A DNA stretch of 63,731 nucleotides, filler included, from 5 parts of 5 records of this genome joined end to end with filler, not necessarily neighbours in it; one strand, 5' to 3'; counted from the whole stretch's first letter, positions 19,707 to 30,165 are shown. The notes: a model not told the origin generated them from the sequence alone. Program-made: numbers and translations.

Positions 19707-21216
19707 GATCACGCAACTCCTGTTTGGTGACTTTGCCCAGGGCGTTGCGGGGCAGGGCATCGACCCGTTCGAACGCCTTGGGCACCTTGTAACCGGCGAG
19801 CCGCTCGCGGCAGAACGCGCGCAGCGCTTCCGGGTCCGGGGCGTCCCGGTCCGCGTGGACGCCGTAATAGGCCTTGCCGACTTCACCCCATTTGTCGTCG
19901 GGCATGCCGACCACCGCCACTTCGGCGATGGCCGGGTGTTGTTCCAGTACTTTTTCCACCTCCGCCGGGTAGACGTTTTCGCCGCCGGAGATGTACATGT
20001 CCTTCCAGCGATCGACGATGAAATACTGGCCGTCCTCGTCGCAGCGGGCCACGTCGCCGCTGTGCAGCCAGCCGTCGGCGCGGATCGCCTCGGCGGTGGC
20101 GTCCGGGCGGTTCCAGTACCCGGGCGTGATGTTGGGCCCGCGAATCAACAGCTCGCCGGCGTCACCCGGGGGCACGTCCCGGCCGTCGCGGTCGACGATG
20201 CGCACTTCCGTGAGCAGCTGCGGCCGGCCCACCGAGCCGATCTTGTCGATCACCTTGTCCTCGTCCAGCAGGAACACCGTGGGGCCGGTTTCCGTCATGC
20301 CCATGCCGGTGCGCACGCGGATACCGGCGTCCACATAGCGCTGCGCCACCGGCAGCGACAGCGGCGCGCCGCCGCAGCCCCAGGAGCGCACGCCCTTGAG
20401 ACGCTCGCCGCTGAACCCGGGGTGATCGAGCAGCGCCTGGTACACCGCCGGCACCCCGAAAAAGATGGTCGCTCTTTTTTCCAACACTTGCAGTGCCTGA
20501 TCCGGGTCGAAGGCGCGCGCCACCAGAACGCTGCCGCCGACCATGAACACCGCCGAGGAATACAGGTTGATGCCGGCGGTGTGGAACAGGGGCAGCACGT
20601 TGAGCAGCACATCGTCGCCGCTCAGGTTCACCGCCAGACCGATATTGAGATAGTTGGCCAGCATCATGCGGAAGGTCTGGATCACGCCCTTGGGCCGGCC
20701 GGTGGTGCCGGAGGTGTAGAGCAGGTACCAGGGGGTGTCCGGGTCCCTGTCCGGGTGGGCGGTGAGGTCCGGCCGGGTGTCGGCGAGATCCCGGTGATAA
20801 TCGCGCTGGCCGTCCGCGGCGCCGTCCAGCGCCACCAGGGTGAGCGGCCCGCAGCGCTGCTGGAGCTCGGCGGCGGCGTCGGCGAACTCGGCGCCGAAAA
20901 TCAGCGCCCCCGGGTCGCAGTCTTCCACCAGCACTTCCAGTTCCGGCACCGCCAGGCGCCAGTTCAAAGGCACCAGGATCAGGCCGGCCTTGGCGCAGCC
21001 GAACAGCATGGCGAAGAACTCGGCGCGGCTGTGGCCCAGATAGGCGAGCCGGTCGCCTTCCTCCAGGCCCCAGTGTTCGCGGGCGGCGGCTGCCAGCCGC
21101 GCGGCGCGCTCGTTGAACTGGGCGTAGTTGTAGCGTTCGCCGCTTTCCAGGTCCTCCAGCGCCGGGCGCTCCGGCGTTACCCGGGCCCGGTGGGCGAGCA
21201 GGTCGAACATGTCCAT
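19693..21216 (-). CDS. Acyl-CoA synthetase (AMP-forming)
   Basis: YTSGTTGRPKG, GMTE, WLHSGD, ISGGENVYPAEVE, LPRNALGKV. Confidence 0.95.
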   Translation of the reverse strand: MDMFDLLAHRARVTPERPALEDLESGERYNYAQFNERAARLAAAAREHWGLEEGDRLAYLGHSRAEFFAMLFGCAKAGLILVPLNWRLAVPELEVLVEDCDPGALIFGAEFADAAAELQQRCGPLTLVALDGAADGQRDYHRDLADTRPDLTAHPDRDPDTPWYLLYTSGTTGRPKGVIQTFRMMLANYLNIGLAVNLSGDDVLLNVLPLFHTAGINLYSSAVFMVGGSVLVARAFDPDQALQVLEKRATIFFGVPAVYQALLDHPGFSGERLKGVRSWGCGGAPLSLPVAQRYVDAGIRVRTGMGMTETGPTVFLLDEDKVIDKIGSVGRPQLLTEVRIVDRDGRDVPPGDAGELLIRGPNITPGYWNRPDATAEAIRADGWLHSGDVARCDEDGQYFIVDRWKDMYISGGENVYPAEVEKVLEQHPAIAEVAVVGMPDDKWGEVGKAYYGVHADRDAPDPEALRAFCRERLAGYKVPKAFERVDALPRNALGKVTKQELRDHAKQ

Positions 21217-21243
21217 CGGGTTCTCCCTTAATTATTTCTCTTT

Positions 21244-22002
21244 TTATCTGTTCAAAAAATCGGCCATCCCCTGATCGGCTTCGTCGCTGACGATGTGCTC
21301 GAGAAAATGGCGGAGCTCCGCGTCCAGCCCGGCGGCCACGGTGTCCAGGTCGGGCCGGGTGAGGGCCAGGGTGTGGTGCACGCTGCCCCGCTTGGCGGAG
21401 CACAGGGTGTCGGCCACGGCGCGGGCCTGCTCGGCCACCTTGTTGTCCTCGCTGAGGTACTGAACCAGGCCCACGCGATGGGCTTCCTCGGCGTCCAGGC
21501 GGCGGTTGGTCAGCTGAATGTCGAGCGCGCGGGCGCGGCCGATGCGCTCCGGCATCAGGGCGGTCCAGCCGCCGTCCGGGCTGTAGCCCACACGGGTGTA
21601 CCAGGGCGCGAAGCTGGCGCGCGGGCCGGCGACGACGATGTCGCAGGCCAGCACCAGGCCCACCGAGCCGCCGGTGACCATGCCGTGCACCGCCGCCACC
21701 GTGGGCAGCGGCAGGCTGAGCAGATCCAGAATCACCGCGTTGAGCGTGCCCACCACGCGGCTGGCGTAGTCGTGCCGTTCGGCGCGCGGGGTGTCGTAGA
21801 ACCCGCCCACGTCGCCGCCGGTGGAAAACGAGCGGCCTTCCGCGTCCAGGATCAGCGCCGCCGGGCGGTCTTCCCGACAGCGCGCCAGAGCGGCGCGCAG
21901 ACCGTCGAGCAGCTCCGGCACCAGAGCATTGTGGCGCTGCGGACGGTTCAGGGTGATGCGCGCCAGCTCGCCGTCCAGTTGATAGTGCACCGCCGTGTTC
22001 AT
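21244..22002 (-). CDS. Crotonase-family enoyl-CoA hydratase/isomerase (PaaG-like)
   Basis: LNRPQRHNAL, FSTGGD, LACDI, GYSPDGG. Confidence 0.9.
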   Translation of the reverse strand: MNTAVHYQLDGELARITLNRPQRHNALVPELLDGLRAALARCREDRPAALILDAEGRSFSTGGDVGGFYDTPRAERHDYASRVVGTLNAVILDLLSLPLPTVAAVHGMVTGGSVGLVLACDIVVAGPRASFAPWYTRVGYSPDGGWTALMPERIGRARALDIQLTNRRLDAEEAHRVGLVQYLSEDNKVAEQARAVADTLCSAKRGSVHHTLALTRPDLDTVAAGLDAELRHFLEHIVSDEADQGMADFLNR

Positions 22003-22652
22003 GGCTTCTCCTTGCCGTCCAGGGTCAGGCCGTTGCGGAACAGGTCGGAGAGGGTCTCGACAATCTCGTCGAAGGAGACGTCCTGCTCCCAGAGCGCGTA
22101 GCGCAGGCCGAGAAAGTTGGACATGCCCATCAGGGCCCACACGCGAACCTCGTTATTGCCGGGGCGGATTTCCCCCTTGCGGGTGGCGTTGGCGAGCATG
22201 CGCACATAGCCCTTGCCGAAAGCTTCGTAGTAATCCCGGTAGATCGCTTCGTCGACGAACTGGGCTTCCTGCAGCACCCGGTACAGCGAGGGGTTCTCGT
22301 AGAGGTACTGCAGAAAGGCGCGCAGGCCCCGTTCCTCGGCTTCCAGCCGGTTGTCGGTGTCGAGAATTTCCGCCGCCAGATGGGCACGCACCTGATGCCC
22401 CATATCGCGCACCAGTTCGCGGAGGATTTCTTCCTTGCCGGCGAAGTAGGTGTAGAAGGTGCCCTGGGCGACGCCGGCGGCGCGGGTGATGTCGGAAATG
22501 CCGGCGCGGTGGTAACCGAGCGTGCCGAAGGTGTGTTCGGCGGCTTTGAGAATACGCGCCCGGGTGCGGGCGCCGCGGGCGGTTTTCGGGGCGCCGGGCC
22601 CGCCGCTGGCGGCCGGTGCCTGGGCGGCGTTGGTCTGGGAGGCAGTGGTCAT
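21999..22652 (-). CDS. TetR family transcriptional regulator
   Basis: HTH 'ISDITRAAGVAQGTFYTYFAGKEE'. Confidence 0.93.
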   Translation of the reverse strand: MTTASQTNAAQAPAASGGPGAPKTARGARTRARILKAAEHTFGTLGYHRAGISDITRAAGVAQGTFYTYFAGKEEILRELVRDMGHQVRAHLAAEILDTDNRLEAEERGLRAFLQYLYENPSLYRVLQEAQFVDEAIYRDYYEAFGKGYVRMLANATRKGEIRPGNNEVRVWALMGMSNFLGLRYALWEQDVSFDEIVETLSDLFRNGLTLDGKEKP

Positions 22653-22687
22653 GGCGGGCTTCTTAGGTCCGTGATTTTGTTGTATGA

Positions 22688-22705
22688 AATATGAATCGGT
22701 ATTCA
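22688..22705. promoter_or_regulatory. Putative TetR operator 1
   Basis: AATA-TGAAT-CGGT-ATTCA palindrome upstream of tetR. Confidence 0.6.
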
Positions 22706-22892
22706 ACTAAATTAAGTTTGCGCACCCCCGGTGTCAACCAGGACAGGGCCCAATGCCTGCCATACGCGGCCTTCCCGAACCGTGGAGTACGCCTCAAAGG
22801 CCCGTTATTCCGGTATTTGCAGGTGGCGTGGCCGGTCCAGGCGGGTAATTCCACGTTTGTGGAATTTTTTTCGAAACCCTCTTGCGGAAAGG

Positions 22893-22910
22893 TGAATCGG
22901 GAGTCATATT
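22893..22910. promoter_or_regulatory. Putative TetR operator 2
   Basis: TGAATCGGGAGTCATATT upstream of the SBP gene; reverse complement matches operator 1 at 14/18. Confidence 0.6.
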
Positions 22911-22970
22911 GAAGGGGACCATAACCACAACAAGACGGCCATCAGGCCGAAAAATAAGGGAGAGATTCCT

Positions 22971-24194
22971 ATGAAGCGTCTCATCACCGCGACGGCCTTC
23001 ACGCTCACCGCCCTCACCGCCGCGCCTCTTGCGCAGGCGGCCGATTCCATCCGTATTGCCCATGTCACCGGTTTCACCGGCCCGTTGTCCGCCTACGCCG
23101 AGCAGCTCAGCGTGGGTATGAAGATGGGCTTCGAATACGCCACCGACGGCAGCATGGAAATCGAGGGCCGCAAGGTCGAAATCATCGATAAAGACACCCA
23201 GCTGGATCCGGCGCGCGCCCGCTCGCTGGTGGAAGAAGCCTACGCCGAGGACGACGCCCACATCGTGGTGGGGCCGGTGTCTTCCGGGGTGGCGCTGGCG
23301 ACCCTGCCGATCGCCCAGCAGTATGAGCGCATCATCATGCCCGAGGGCGTGGCCGACGCCATCACCGGCGCGGACTGGAACCGCTATGTGTTCCGGGTCG
23401 GCCGCAACTCTTCCCAGGACGCGGTTTCCAATGCCGTGGCACTCGGCGAGCCGGGCGTCTGTGTCGCCACCATCGCCCAGGATTACGCCTTCGGCCGTGA
23501 CGGCGTGGCCGCCTATAAAGAGGCCATGGAAACCCAGGGCGGTGAAGTGGTCCACGAAGAATACCTGCCCACCGACGCCACCGACTTCACCGCCGCCGCC
23601 CAGCGTTTGTTCGGCGCCCTGAAGGATCGCGACGGCTGTGAGCAGGGCAAATACATCTTCGCCATCTGGGCCGGCAGCGCCAACCCGCTGAGCCGTATCC
23701 AGGACCTGAAGCCGGACCGCTTCGGCATCAAGCTGGCCACCGGCGGCAACATTCTGCCGGCACTGGTGAGCTACTCCGAGTTCCCCGGCATGGAAGGCGC
23801 CGGCTTCTATTACTTCGAATCCCCCAAGAACGAGATCAACGACTGGTTCGTGAAGCAGCACATGGAGCGTTACAACGCCGCCCCTGACTTCTTCACCGCC
23901 CAGGGCTTTTCCCAGGCCATGGCGATCACCGCGGCGATCCGTGAAGCGGACGGCTCCACCGACACCGAGGCTCTGATCGACGCCTTCGAGGGGCTGGTGT
24001 TCGAAACCCCGAAGGGCAAGATGGTGCTGCGTGACGAGGACCACCAGGCGATGCAGGAGATGTATCACTTCCGCATCGAAGTGGAAAAGCGTGACGACTG
24101 GTTCGCCGACCGCACCGTGGAAGCGGGCGTGCCCAAGCTGATTCGCAAGATCGGCATGGACGAAATGAACATTCCGATTCGCAACAAGCGCTAA
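22971..24194 (+). CDS. ABC transporter substrate-binding protein (LivJ/HAAT type)
   Basis: Signal peptide; TGPLSAY, GPVSSGVALA, QDYAFGRDG, FETPKG. Confidence 0.92.
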   Translation: MKRLITATAFTLTALTAAPLAQAADSIRIAHVTGFTGPLSAYAEQLSVGMKMGFEYATDGSMEIEGRKVEIIDKDTQLDPARARSLVEEAYAEDDAHIVVGPVSSGVALATLPIAQQYERIIMPEGVADAITGADWNRYVFRVGRNSSQDAVSNAVALGEPGVCVATIAQDYAFGRDGVAAYKEAMETQGGEVVHEEYLPTDATDFTAAAQRLFGALKDRDGCEQGKYIFAIWAGSANPLSRIQDLKPDRFGIKLATGGNILPALVSYSEFPGMEGAGFYYFESPKNEINDWFVKQHMERYNAAPDFFTAQGFSQAMAITAAIREADGSTDTEALIDAFEGLVFETPKGKMVLRDEDHQAMQEMYHFRIEVEKRDDWFADRTVEAGVPKLIRKIGMDEMNIPIRNKR

Positions 24195-24198
24195 CGCC

Positions 24199-24228
24199 AA
24201 GGGCGTGGCCTTCGCGGGCCACGCCCTT
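24199..24228 (+). other. Intercistronic stem-loop after the SBP gene
   Basis: AAGGGCGTGGCC-TTCGCG-GGCCACGCCCTT, 12-bp perfect stem without a U tract. Confidence 0.7.
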
Positions 24229-24304
24229 CAGGTAGCCGCTTTCCATGTGCGACTCGTGGCTTCCGAAAAACTCTAGAAAATATTCCAATAAAAAGGGACC
24301 TCCC

Positions 24305-25108
24305 ATGGCCTCCTTGCACCCCCAATCCGCCTCTGAACCGGTTCTGGAAACCCGCGGGCTGACCATTAACTTCGGTGGGCACGTGGCGGTGAATCAGGTG
24401 TCCTGCGCGTTCCACGCCGGCACCCTGACGTCCATCGTCGGCCCCAACGGTGCGGGCAAGACCACCTGGTTCAATCTTATTTCCGGACAGCTCGCCGCCA
24501 GTGCCGGCAGCGTGCATCTGTTCGATCAGGACATTACCGCGCTGGGCGCCGCCGCCCGGGCCGATAAGGGCCTGGGCCGCGCCTTCCAGCTCACCAACCT
24601 GTTTCCCAACCTGACCGCCCTGGAGAACGTGCGCCTGGCGGTGGCGTCGCGCTACCGCATCGGCCATGTGTTCTGGCAGATGGCCTCGCGCCGCCGCGAC
24701 ATCAGCGACCGCGCCGCCGCCTATCTGGAGCAGGTCAACCTGGGCAAGCGCGCCGACACGCCGGTGGCCAATCTGCCCCACGGTGATCAACGCAAACTGG
24801 AAGTGGCGCTGATGCTGGCGCTGGAGCCGGAAGTGTTCATGTTCGACGAACCCACCGCCGGCATGAGCGTGGACGAGGTGCCGGTGATTCTGGATCTGAT
24901 CGCCGACATCAAGAACAAGCAGAACAAAGTGATTCTGCTGGTGGAACACAAAATGGACGTGGTGCGCTCCCTGTCGGACCGCATCGTGGTACTGCACAAC
25001 GGTGAACTGGTGGCCGACGGCGAACCTTCCGAGGTGATCGCCTCGCCGATTGTTCAGGAAGCCTATCTGGGCGCGCCCCAGGAAGACACCGCCGGCGAGG
25101 AGGGCTGA
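24305..25108 (+). CDS. HAAT ABC transporter ATPase (LivG-like)
   Basis: GPNGAGKT, LPHGDQR, DEPTAG, VEH. Confidence 0.93.
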   Translation: MASLHPQSASEPVLETRGLTINFGGHVAVNQVSCAFHAGTLTSIVGPNGAGKTTWFNLISGQLAASAGSVHLFDQDITALGAAARADKGLGRAFQLTNLFPNLTALENVRLAVASRYRIGHVFWQMASRRRDISDRAAAYLEQVNLGKRADTPVANLPHGDQRKLEVALMLALEPEVFMFDEPTAGMSVDEVPVILDLIADIKNKQNKVILLVEHKMDVVRSLSDRIVVLHNGELVADGEPSEVIASPIVQEAYLGAPQEDTAGEEG

Positions 25109-25111
25109 ACG

Positions 25112-25837
25112 ATGGCCGAATCGATTCTTTCCCTGTCCGGCGTGCGCGCCGACATCGATCAATACCACATTCTGCACGGCGTGGACCTGGAAGTGCCCGC
25201 CGGCGAACTGACCGTGCTGCTGGGCCGTAACGGCGCCGGCAAGAGCACCACGCTGCGCACCATCATGGGCCTGACCACGGTGACCCAGGGCAAGGTGCGT
25301 TTTCGCGGCGAGGACATCACCGGCCAGCCCACCCCGCGGATCGCCCGCAAGGGCATCGCCTTCGTGCCGGAGAACATGGGCATTTTCAGCCTGCTGACGG
25401 TGCGCGAAAACATGGTGCTGGCGGCGGTGGACGGCCCCATGGACCCGGCCCGCCTGGACTGGGTGTTCGACCTGTTTCCGCCGCTGAAAAAATTCTGGAA
25501 CCGGGCCGCGGGCAACCTCTCCGGCGGCCAGAAACAGATGCTGGCCATCGCCCGGGCGATCATCGAGCCGCGCGAGCTGTTGCTGGTGGACGAACCCACC
25601 AAGGGCCTGGCCCCGGCGATCATCAACGACCTGGCCGGCGCCTTCGAGCAGCTCAAGCAGCAACAGGTCACGGTGCTGCTGGTGGAGCAGAACTTTAATT
25701 TTTCCCGCCGTCTGGGTCAGTCCGCGGCGGTGATGAACGATGGCGGGGTGGTCTGGTCCGGCCAGATGACCGAACTCGCCGACAACGATGATCTCCAGCA
25801 CGAGCTGCTGGGTCTTGGGCTCGGCGAGCACCAATAA
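25112..25837 (+). CDS. HAAT ABC transporter ATPase (LivF-like)
   Basis: GRNGAGKS, LSGGQKQM, DEPTKGLAP, VEQN. Confidence 0.93.
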   Translation: MAESILSLSGVRADIDQYHILHGVDLEVPAGELTVLLGRNGAGKSTTLRTIMGLTTVTQGKVRFRGEDITGQPTPRIARKGIAFVPENMGIFSLLTVRENMVLAAVDGPMDPARLDWVFDLFPPLKKFWNRAAGNLSGGQKQMLAIARAIIEPRELLLVDEPTKGLAPAIINDLAGAFEQLKQQQVTVLLVEQNFNFSRRLGQSAAVMNDGGVVWSGQMTELADNDDLQHELLGLGLGEHQ

Positions 25838-25853
25838 GAATAGGAGTAAGACC

Positions 25854-26915
25854 ATGTCGGCGCACGACGAAATGATTGGTCAAGCAACGCCGCCGCAAGG
25901 CGTGTTGGCGCGCTTTGCCGCGTTCCGCGAAAACAAGCCGCATATTTTTCTGCTGCTGCTGATGATGGCGGTGGCCCTGTTGATGATGGACCCGCGCACC
26001 TGGGTACTGCTGACCATCAGCGGCCTGGCGATGGGTGCCATGGTGTTTTTGATGGCCTCGGGCATGACGCTCACCTTTGGGTTGATGAACGTCCTCAACC
26101 TGGCTCACGGGGCCTTTATTTCTTTGGGCGCGTTCGCCGGTGCCAGCGTGCTGGTATGGCTGAGTGCGCAGGCCAGCGAACCGTCGCTGCTGATCAATCT
26201 GGCGGCGATTCTGCCGGCGCTGGGGTTCGCCCTGGTGGTGGCGGGGCTGCTGGGTCTGGTGTTCGAGCGGCTGGTGATCAAGCCGGTGTACGGCGACCAC
26301 CTCAAGCAGATTCTGGTCACGGTGGGCGGCTCCATCATCATCATGGAGCTGATCCATGTGGTGTGGGGGCCCAACGAGATTCCGGTGCCGCGCCCGGAGG
26401 CGCTCACCGGTGCCTTTCTGCTGCCCGATGCGCTGCCGGTGATCGGCGGCGTGGCGCTGGAAAAATACCGCCTTATCGCGGTGGTGCTGGGCCTGGCCAT
26501 TTACGGGCTGATGACCTGGATCATCGAGCGCACCCGGGTCGGCATTCTGATCCGCGCCGGGGTGGAGAGCCGCGAGATGGTGGAAGTGCAGGGCTACCGC
26601 ATCCGCCTGTTGTTCCTGGGCGTGTTCGTGGCCGGCTCGGCGCTGGCCGGCCTGGGCGGCGCCATGTGGGCCATGTACCGGGAGATCATCACCGCGCACA
26701 TGGGCGATGAGCTGATGATCTCGGTGATCGTGGTGATCATCCTCGGCGGTCTGGGCTCCATCAAGGGCTGCTTCTACGGCGCCGTGCTGGTGGGCCTGAT
26801 CAATCTGTATGTGGGTTACCTGGAGCCCCGTCTGGCCGCGGTGGCCACGGTGGGGCTGATGGTGGGCGTGCTGATGTGGCGTCCGCAGGGCCTGATTCCG
26901 GTCATCAAAGTCTGA
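25854..26915 (+). CDS. HAAT ABC permease (LivH-like)
   Basis: GMTLTFGLMNVLNLAHG, VIILGGLGS. Confidence 0.92.
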   Translation: MSAHDEMIGQATPPQGVLARFAAFRENKPHIFLLLLMMAVALLMMDPRTWVLLTISGLAMGAMVFLMASGMTLTFGLMNVLNLAHGAFISLGAFAGASVLVWLSAQASEPSLLINLAAILPALGFALVVAGLLGLVFERLVIKPVYGDHLKQILVTVGGSIIIMELIHVVWGPNEIPVPRPEALTGAFLLPDALPVIGGVALEKYRLIAVVLGLAIYGLMTWIIERTRVGILIRAGVESREMVEVQGYRIRLLFLGVFVAGSALAGLGGAMWAMYREIITAHMGDELMISVIVVIILGGLGSIKGCFYGAVLVGLINLYVGYLEPRLAAVATVGLMVGVLMWRPQGLIPVIKV

Positions 26916-26926
26916 GGAGGCGCGCC

Positions 26927-28126
26927 ATGTTTAATCGTATTCTTTCCGGCGACTATCCGCGTAGCCGGGCGCTCTCCGCACTGCTGGTGCTGATCGGCGT
27001 GTGTCTGGCCCTGGGGCCGTTCCTGTTTCCCGGCGTGCGCGCCTTTTCCATGCTCGGCATGATCTGCGTGTTCATTATCGTGGTGGCGTCCTACGACCTG
27101 ATGCTGGGTTACACCCATATCGTGTCGTTCGCCCACACCATGTTTTTCGGCATCGGCGCCTACGGGGTGGCGATGTCCACGGACGCCTTCGGCTCCGGTT
27201 TCGGCGCCGTATTTATCGGCATCGGTGGCGCCGTGGTGATGAGCATTCTGCTGTCGCTGTTGCTCGGTTTGCTGTCGCTGCGGGTGAAAGCGATCTTCTT
27301 CGCGCTGGTGACCCTGGCGGTGGCGTTCGCCTTTCTCAGTCTGGTGACCCAGCTCTACAACATCACCGGCGGCGAAGACGGCCTGGCGGTGCGCAGCCCG
27401 CGCGAACTGGGCCCGGCGTTCCGGCCGTTGGATTCCTCGCTGCCGGGCTTCAGCGTGGTCGATTTCATCACCGGTGTGGTCGGCCAGGGCAGTATCGGCC
27501 AGGCGTTCAATGACGCCGTGTTCGAGGTGCGGGTGAGCGGCCGGCACCTGATGTACTACATCACCTTCGCGATCTCGCTGGGCGTGTTCCTGTTCCTGCT
27601 GCGCATGGTGAATTCCCCGTTCGGGCGGGTTCTGCAGGCGATCCGCGAGAACGAGTTCCGCGCCCAGGCGCTGGGTTACCGGACCGTGTTCTACCGCACC
27701 GCGGCAGTGATCGTGTCGGCGGTGCTGGCGACCCTGGCGGGCGTGCTGTTCGCGCTGATCAACCGTTACGTGAATCCGGAGAACACGCTCAACTTCGAGC
27801 TGATGGTGTTCATCCTTTTGATGTGCGTGATCGGCGGCATGGGCACCCTGTACGGCGCCGTGGTCGGCACCGCCGTGTTCCTGCTGGCGCAGAATTACCT
27901 GCAGGATCTGCTCGGGCTGCTGGTCAGCAACGCCGAGCCGGGCAGCCTGTTCGCCGAGCTGGCGGGCCCGGACCGCTGGCTGCTGTGGTTCGGTCTGTTG
28001 TTCGTGTTGAGCGTGTATTTCTTCCCCGCCGGTATCGTCGGCCAGTTGCGCCTTTGGGCGGAACGGCGCCGGGAGCGGAAAGCGGATAAGACGCCGGCGG
28101 CGTCGTCCCTGAAACAGGAGTCGTAG
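26927..28126 (+). CDS. HAAT ABC permease (LivM-like)
   Basis: [31 protein letters not shown]. Confidence 0.92.
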   Translation: MFNRILSGDYPRSRALSALLVLIGVCLALGPFLFPGVRAFSMLGMICVFIIVVASYDLMLGYTHIVSFAHTMFFGIGAYGVAMSTDAFGSGFGAVFIGIGGAVVMSILLSLLLGLLSLRVKAIFFALVTLAVAFAFLSLVTQLYNITGGEDGLAVRSPRELGPAFRPLDSSLPGFSVVDFITGVVGQGSIGQAFNDAVFEVRVSGRHLMYYITFAISLGVFLFLLRMVNSPFGRVLQAIRENEFRAQALGYRTVFYRTAAVIVSAVLATLAGVLFALINRYVNPENTLNFELMVFILLMCVIGGMGTLYGAVVGTAVFLLAQNYLQDLLGLLVSNAEPGSLFAELAGPDRWLLWFGLLFVLSVYFFPAGIVGQLRLWAERRRERKADKTPAASSLKQES

Positions 28127-28128
28127 TC

Positions 28129-28908
28129 ATGCGTCTTGAACAACGCGTCGCGGTGATCACCGGGGCCGGTCGCGGCATCGGCCGGGCGATCGCCGAGCGG
28201 TATGCCCGCGAGGGTGCCCGGGTGGCGGTGGCCGATCTGGACAGCGCCACCGCCGAGGAAGCGGCGGCGGCGATCCGTGACGCCGGCGGCGAGGCCCTGG
28301 CGCTGGCCATGGACGTCACCGACGAACAGGCGGTGGACGCCGGCGTTCAGCGGGTGGTGGACACCTGGGGCCGGCTCGACATCGCCTTCGCCAACGCCGG
28401 CATCCAGCATATCGAGTCCCTCGACAAGCTGGCGCTGGAAAACTGGCGCAAGGTGATGAGCGTGCACCTGGACGGCGCCTTCCTGCTGACCCGCGCGGCG
28501 CTGCGTCATATGTACGCGGGGCAGGGCGGCACGCTGCTGTACATGGGCTCGGTGCACTCCATGGAGGCCTCGCCGCTGAAAGCCCCCTACGTGGCCGCCA
28601 AGCACGGCCTGCTGGGGCTGTGCCGGGCGGTGGCCAAGGAGGGCGCCGGACACGGGGTGCGCAGCAACATCATCTGCCCCGGGTTCGTGCGCACGCCGCT
28701 GGTGGACAAGCAGATTCCGGAGCAGGCCCGCGAGCTGGGCATCTCGGAAGAGGAAGTGATCCGCAATGTGATGCTCAAGAACACCGTGGACGGCGAGTTC
28801 ACCACCGTGGAGGACATCAGTGAGCTGGCGGTGACGCTGGCGGCGTTCCCCTCGGCCGCGTTAACCGGCCAGTCCGTCGTGGTCAGCCACGGCTGGCACA
28901 TGGGCTAG
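28129..28908 (+). CDS. bdhA: D-3-hydroxybutyrate dehydrogenase (SDR)
   Basis: [34 protein letters not shown] (BDH-type Q/H/K/Q substrate residues). Confidence 0.9.
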   Translation: MRLEQRVAVITGAGRGIGRAIAERYAREGARVAVADLDSATAEEAAAAIRDAGGEALALAMDVTDEQAVDAGVQRVVDTWGRLDIAFANAGIQHIESLDKLALENWRKVMSVHLDGAFLLTRAALRHMYAGQGGTLLYMGSVHSMEASPLKAPYVAAKHGLLGLCRAVAKEGAGHGVRSNIICPGFVRTPLVDKQIPEQARELGISEEEVIRNVMLKNTVDGEFTTVEDISELAVTLAAFPSAALTGQSVVVSHGWHMG

Positions 28909-29063
28909 GGGAGAGCGGAATAAGGTCCGGGAGCCCGGCTCCATCCTTGGAGCCTGGAGATCGATCAGGCCTTCCGAGGGGTCGCAGAAAAGAAAACCTG
29001 AGGAGGGCTCACCGGACCACCGAAGTTACTGTACATCCGAACAGTAGTCAAGCGAAGCCCGAC

Positions 29064-29318
29064 CTATTCGTCGGGCAGGGTGATGTTCAGTTCCAGAATC
29101 TCGCAGCCGGATTCCCGGTCCACCTGGATGTTGATGGCGTCCTGGTCCACCTCCACGTACTTACGCACCACCATCAGCAGCTCTTCCTGCAACTGGGGCA
29201 GGTAGTCCGGGCCGCCGCGGGTGGCCCGCTCGCGGGCAACGATGATCTGCAGGCGCTCCTTGGCCACCGAGGCGGATTTCTCTTTCTTGGGAAGCAGGTA
29301 GCTGAAAATGCTCATCAT
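29064..29318 (-). CDS. minE: Cell division topological specificity factor
   Basis: SASVAKERLQIIVARER, LELNITLP. Confidence 0.97.
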   Translation of the reverse strand: MMSIFSYLLPKKEKSASVAKERLQIIVARERATRGGPDYLPQLQEELLMVVRKYVEVDQDAINIQVDRESGCEILELNITLPDE

Positions 29319-30130
29319 TGCGCTCCGAACAGACGGCCGAAGAGCCCTTTCTTATTGGCGGTGAGGAAGCGGTGCGGGCGCTGCTCGCCGAGGAAGCGGG
29401 CGACCGCGTCCTCGTAGGCCTTGCCGGCGTCGGATTCGCTGTCGAGAATCACCGGCGCGCCGCTGTTACTGGCGTTGAGCACCGCCTGGGACTCCGGAAT
29501 CACGCCCAGCAGGTCGATCGCCAGGATGTCCTTCACGTCCTCCACGGACAGCATCTCACCGCGCTCCACCCGTTCCGGGGAATAGCGGGTCAGCAGCAGG
29601 CTGGCGGGAATGTCGCCTTCGCCCCGCTCGGCCTTGCGGGTCTTGCTGGAGAGAATGCCGAGAATGCGGTCGGAGTCGCGCACGCTGGACACTTCCGGGT
29701 TGGTCACCACCACCGCTTCGTCGGCGAAATAGGCGGCGGTGAGCGCGCCTTTTTCGATGCCCGCCGGGCTGTCGCAGATGATGTATTCCATGCCCATGTC
29801 CTTGAGCCCTTCCAGGACTTTTTCCACGCCTTCCAGGGTCAGGGCGTCTTTGTCCCGGGTCTGGGAGGCGGGCAGGATGAACAGGTCCTCGACGCGCTTG
29901 TCCTTGATCAGACCCTGCTTGAGGTTGGCGTCGCCGTTGATCACGTTGACCAGATCGTAGACCACGCGCCGCTCACAGCCCATGATCAGATCCAGATTGC
30001 GCAGGCCCACGTCAAAATCGATGACCGTGGTTTTATGGCCGCGCTGGGCGAGGCCGGTTGCCAGCGCGGCGCTGGTGGTGGTTTTACCCACGCCGCCCTT
30101 GCCGGATGTTACGACCACGATTTTTGTCAC
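29315..30130 (-). CDS. minD: Septum site-determining ATPase
   Basis: GTG start after GGAG; SGKGGVGKTT, DVGLRNLDL, C-terminal KGLFGRLFG. Confidence 0.97.
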   Translation of the reverse strand: MTKIVVVTSGKGGVGKTTTSAALATGLAQRGHKTTVIDFDVGLRNLDLIMGCERRVVYDLVNVINGDANLKQGLIKDKRVEDLFILPASQTRDKDALTLEGVEKVLEGLKDMGMEYIICDSPAGIEKGALTAAYFADEAVVVTNPEVSSVRDSDRILGILSSKTRKAERGEGDIPASLLLTRYSPERVERGEMLSVEDVKDILAIDLLGVIPESQAVLNASNSGAPVILDSESDAGKAYEDAVARFLGEQRPHRFLTANKKGLFGRLFGAQ

Positions 30131-30165
30131 GATCTCGTCTCCTAGGTTTTGCTGTCGGGTATGGC

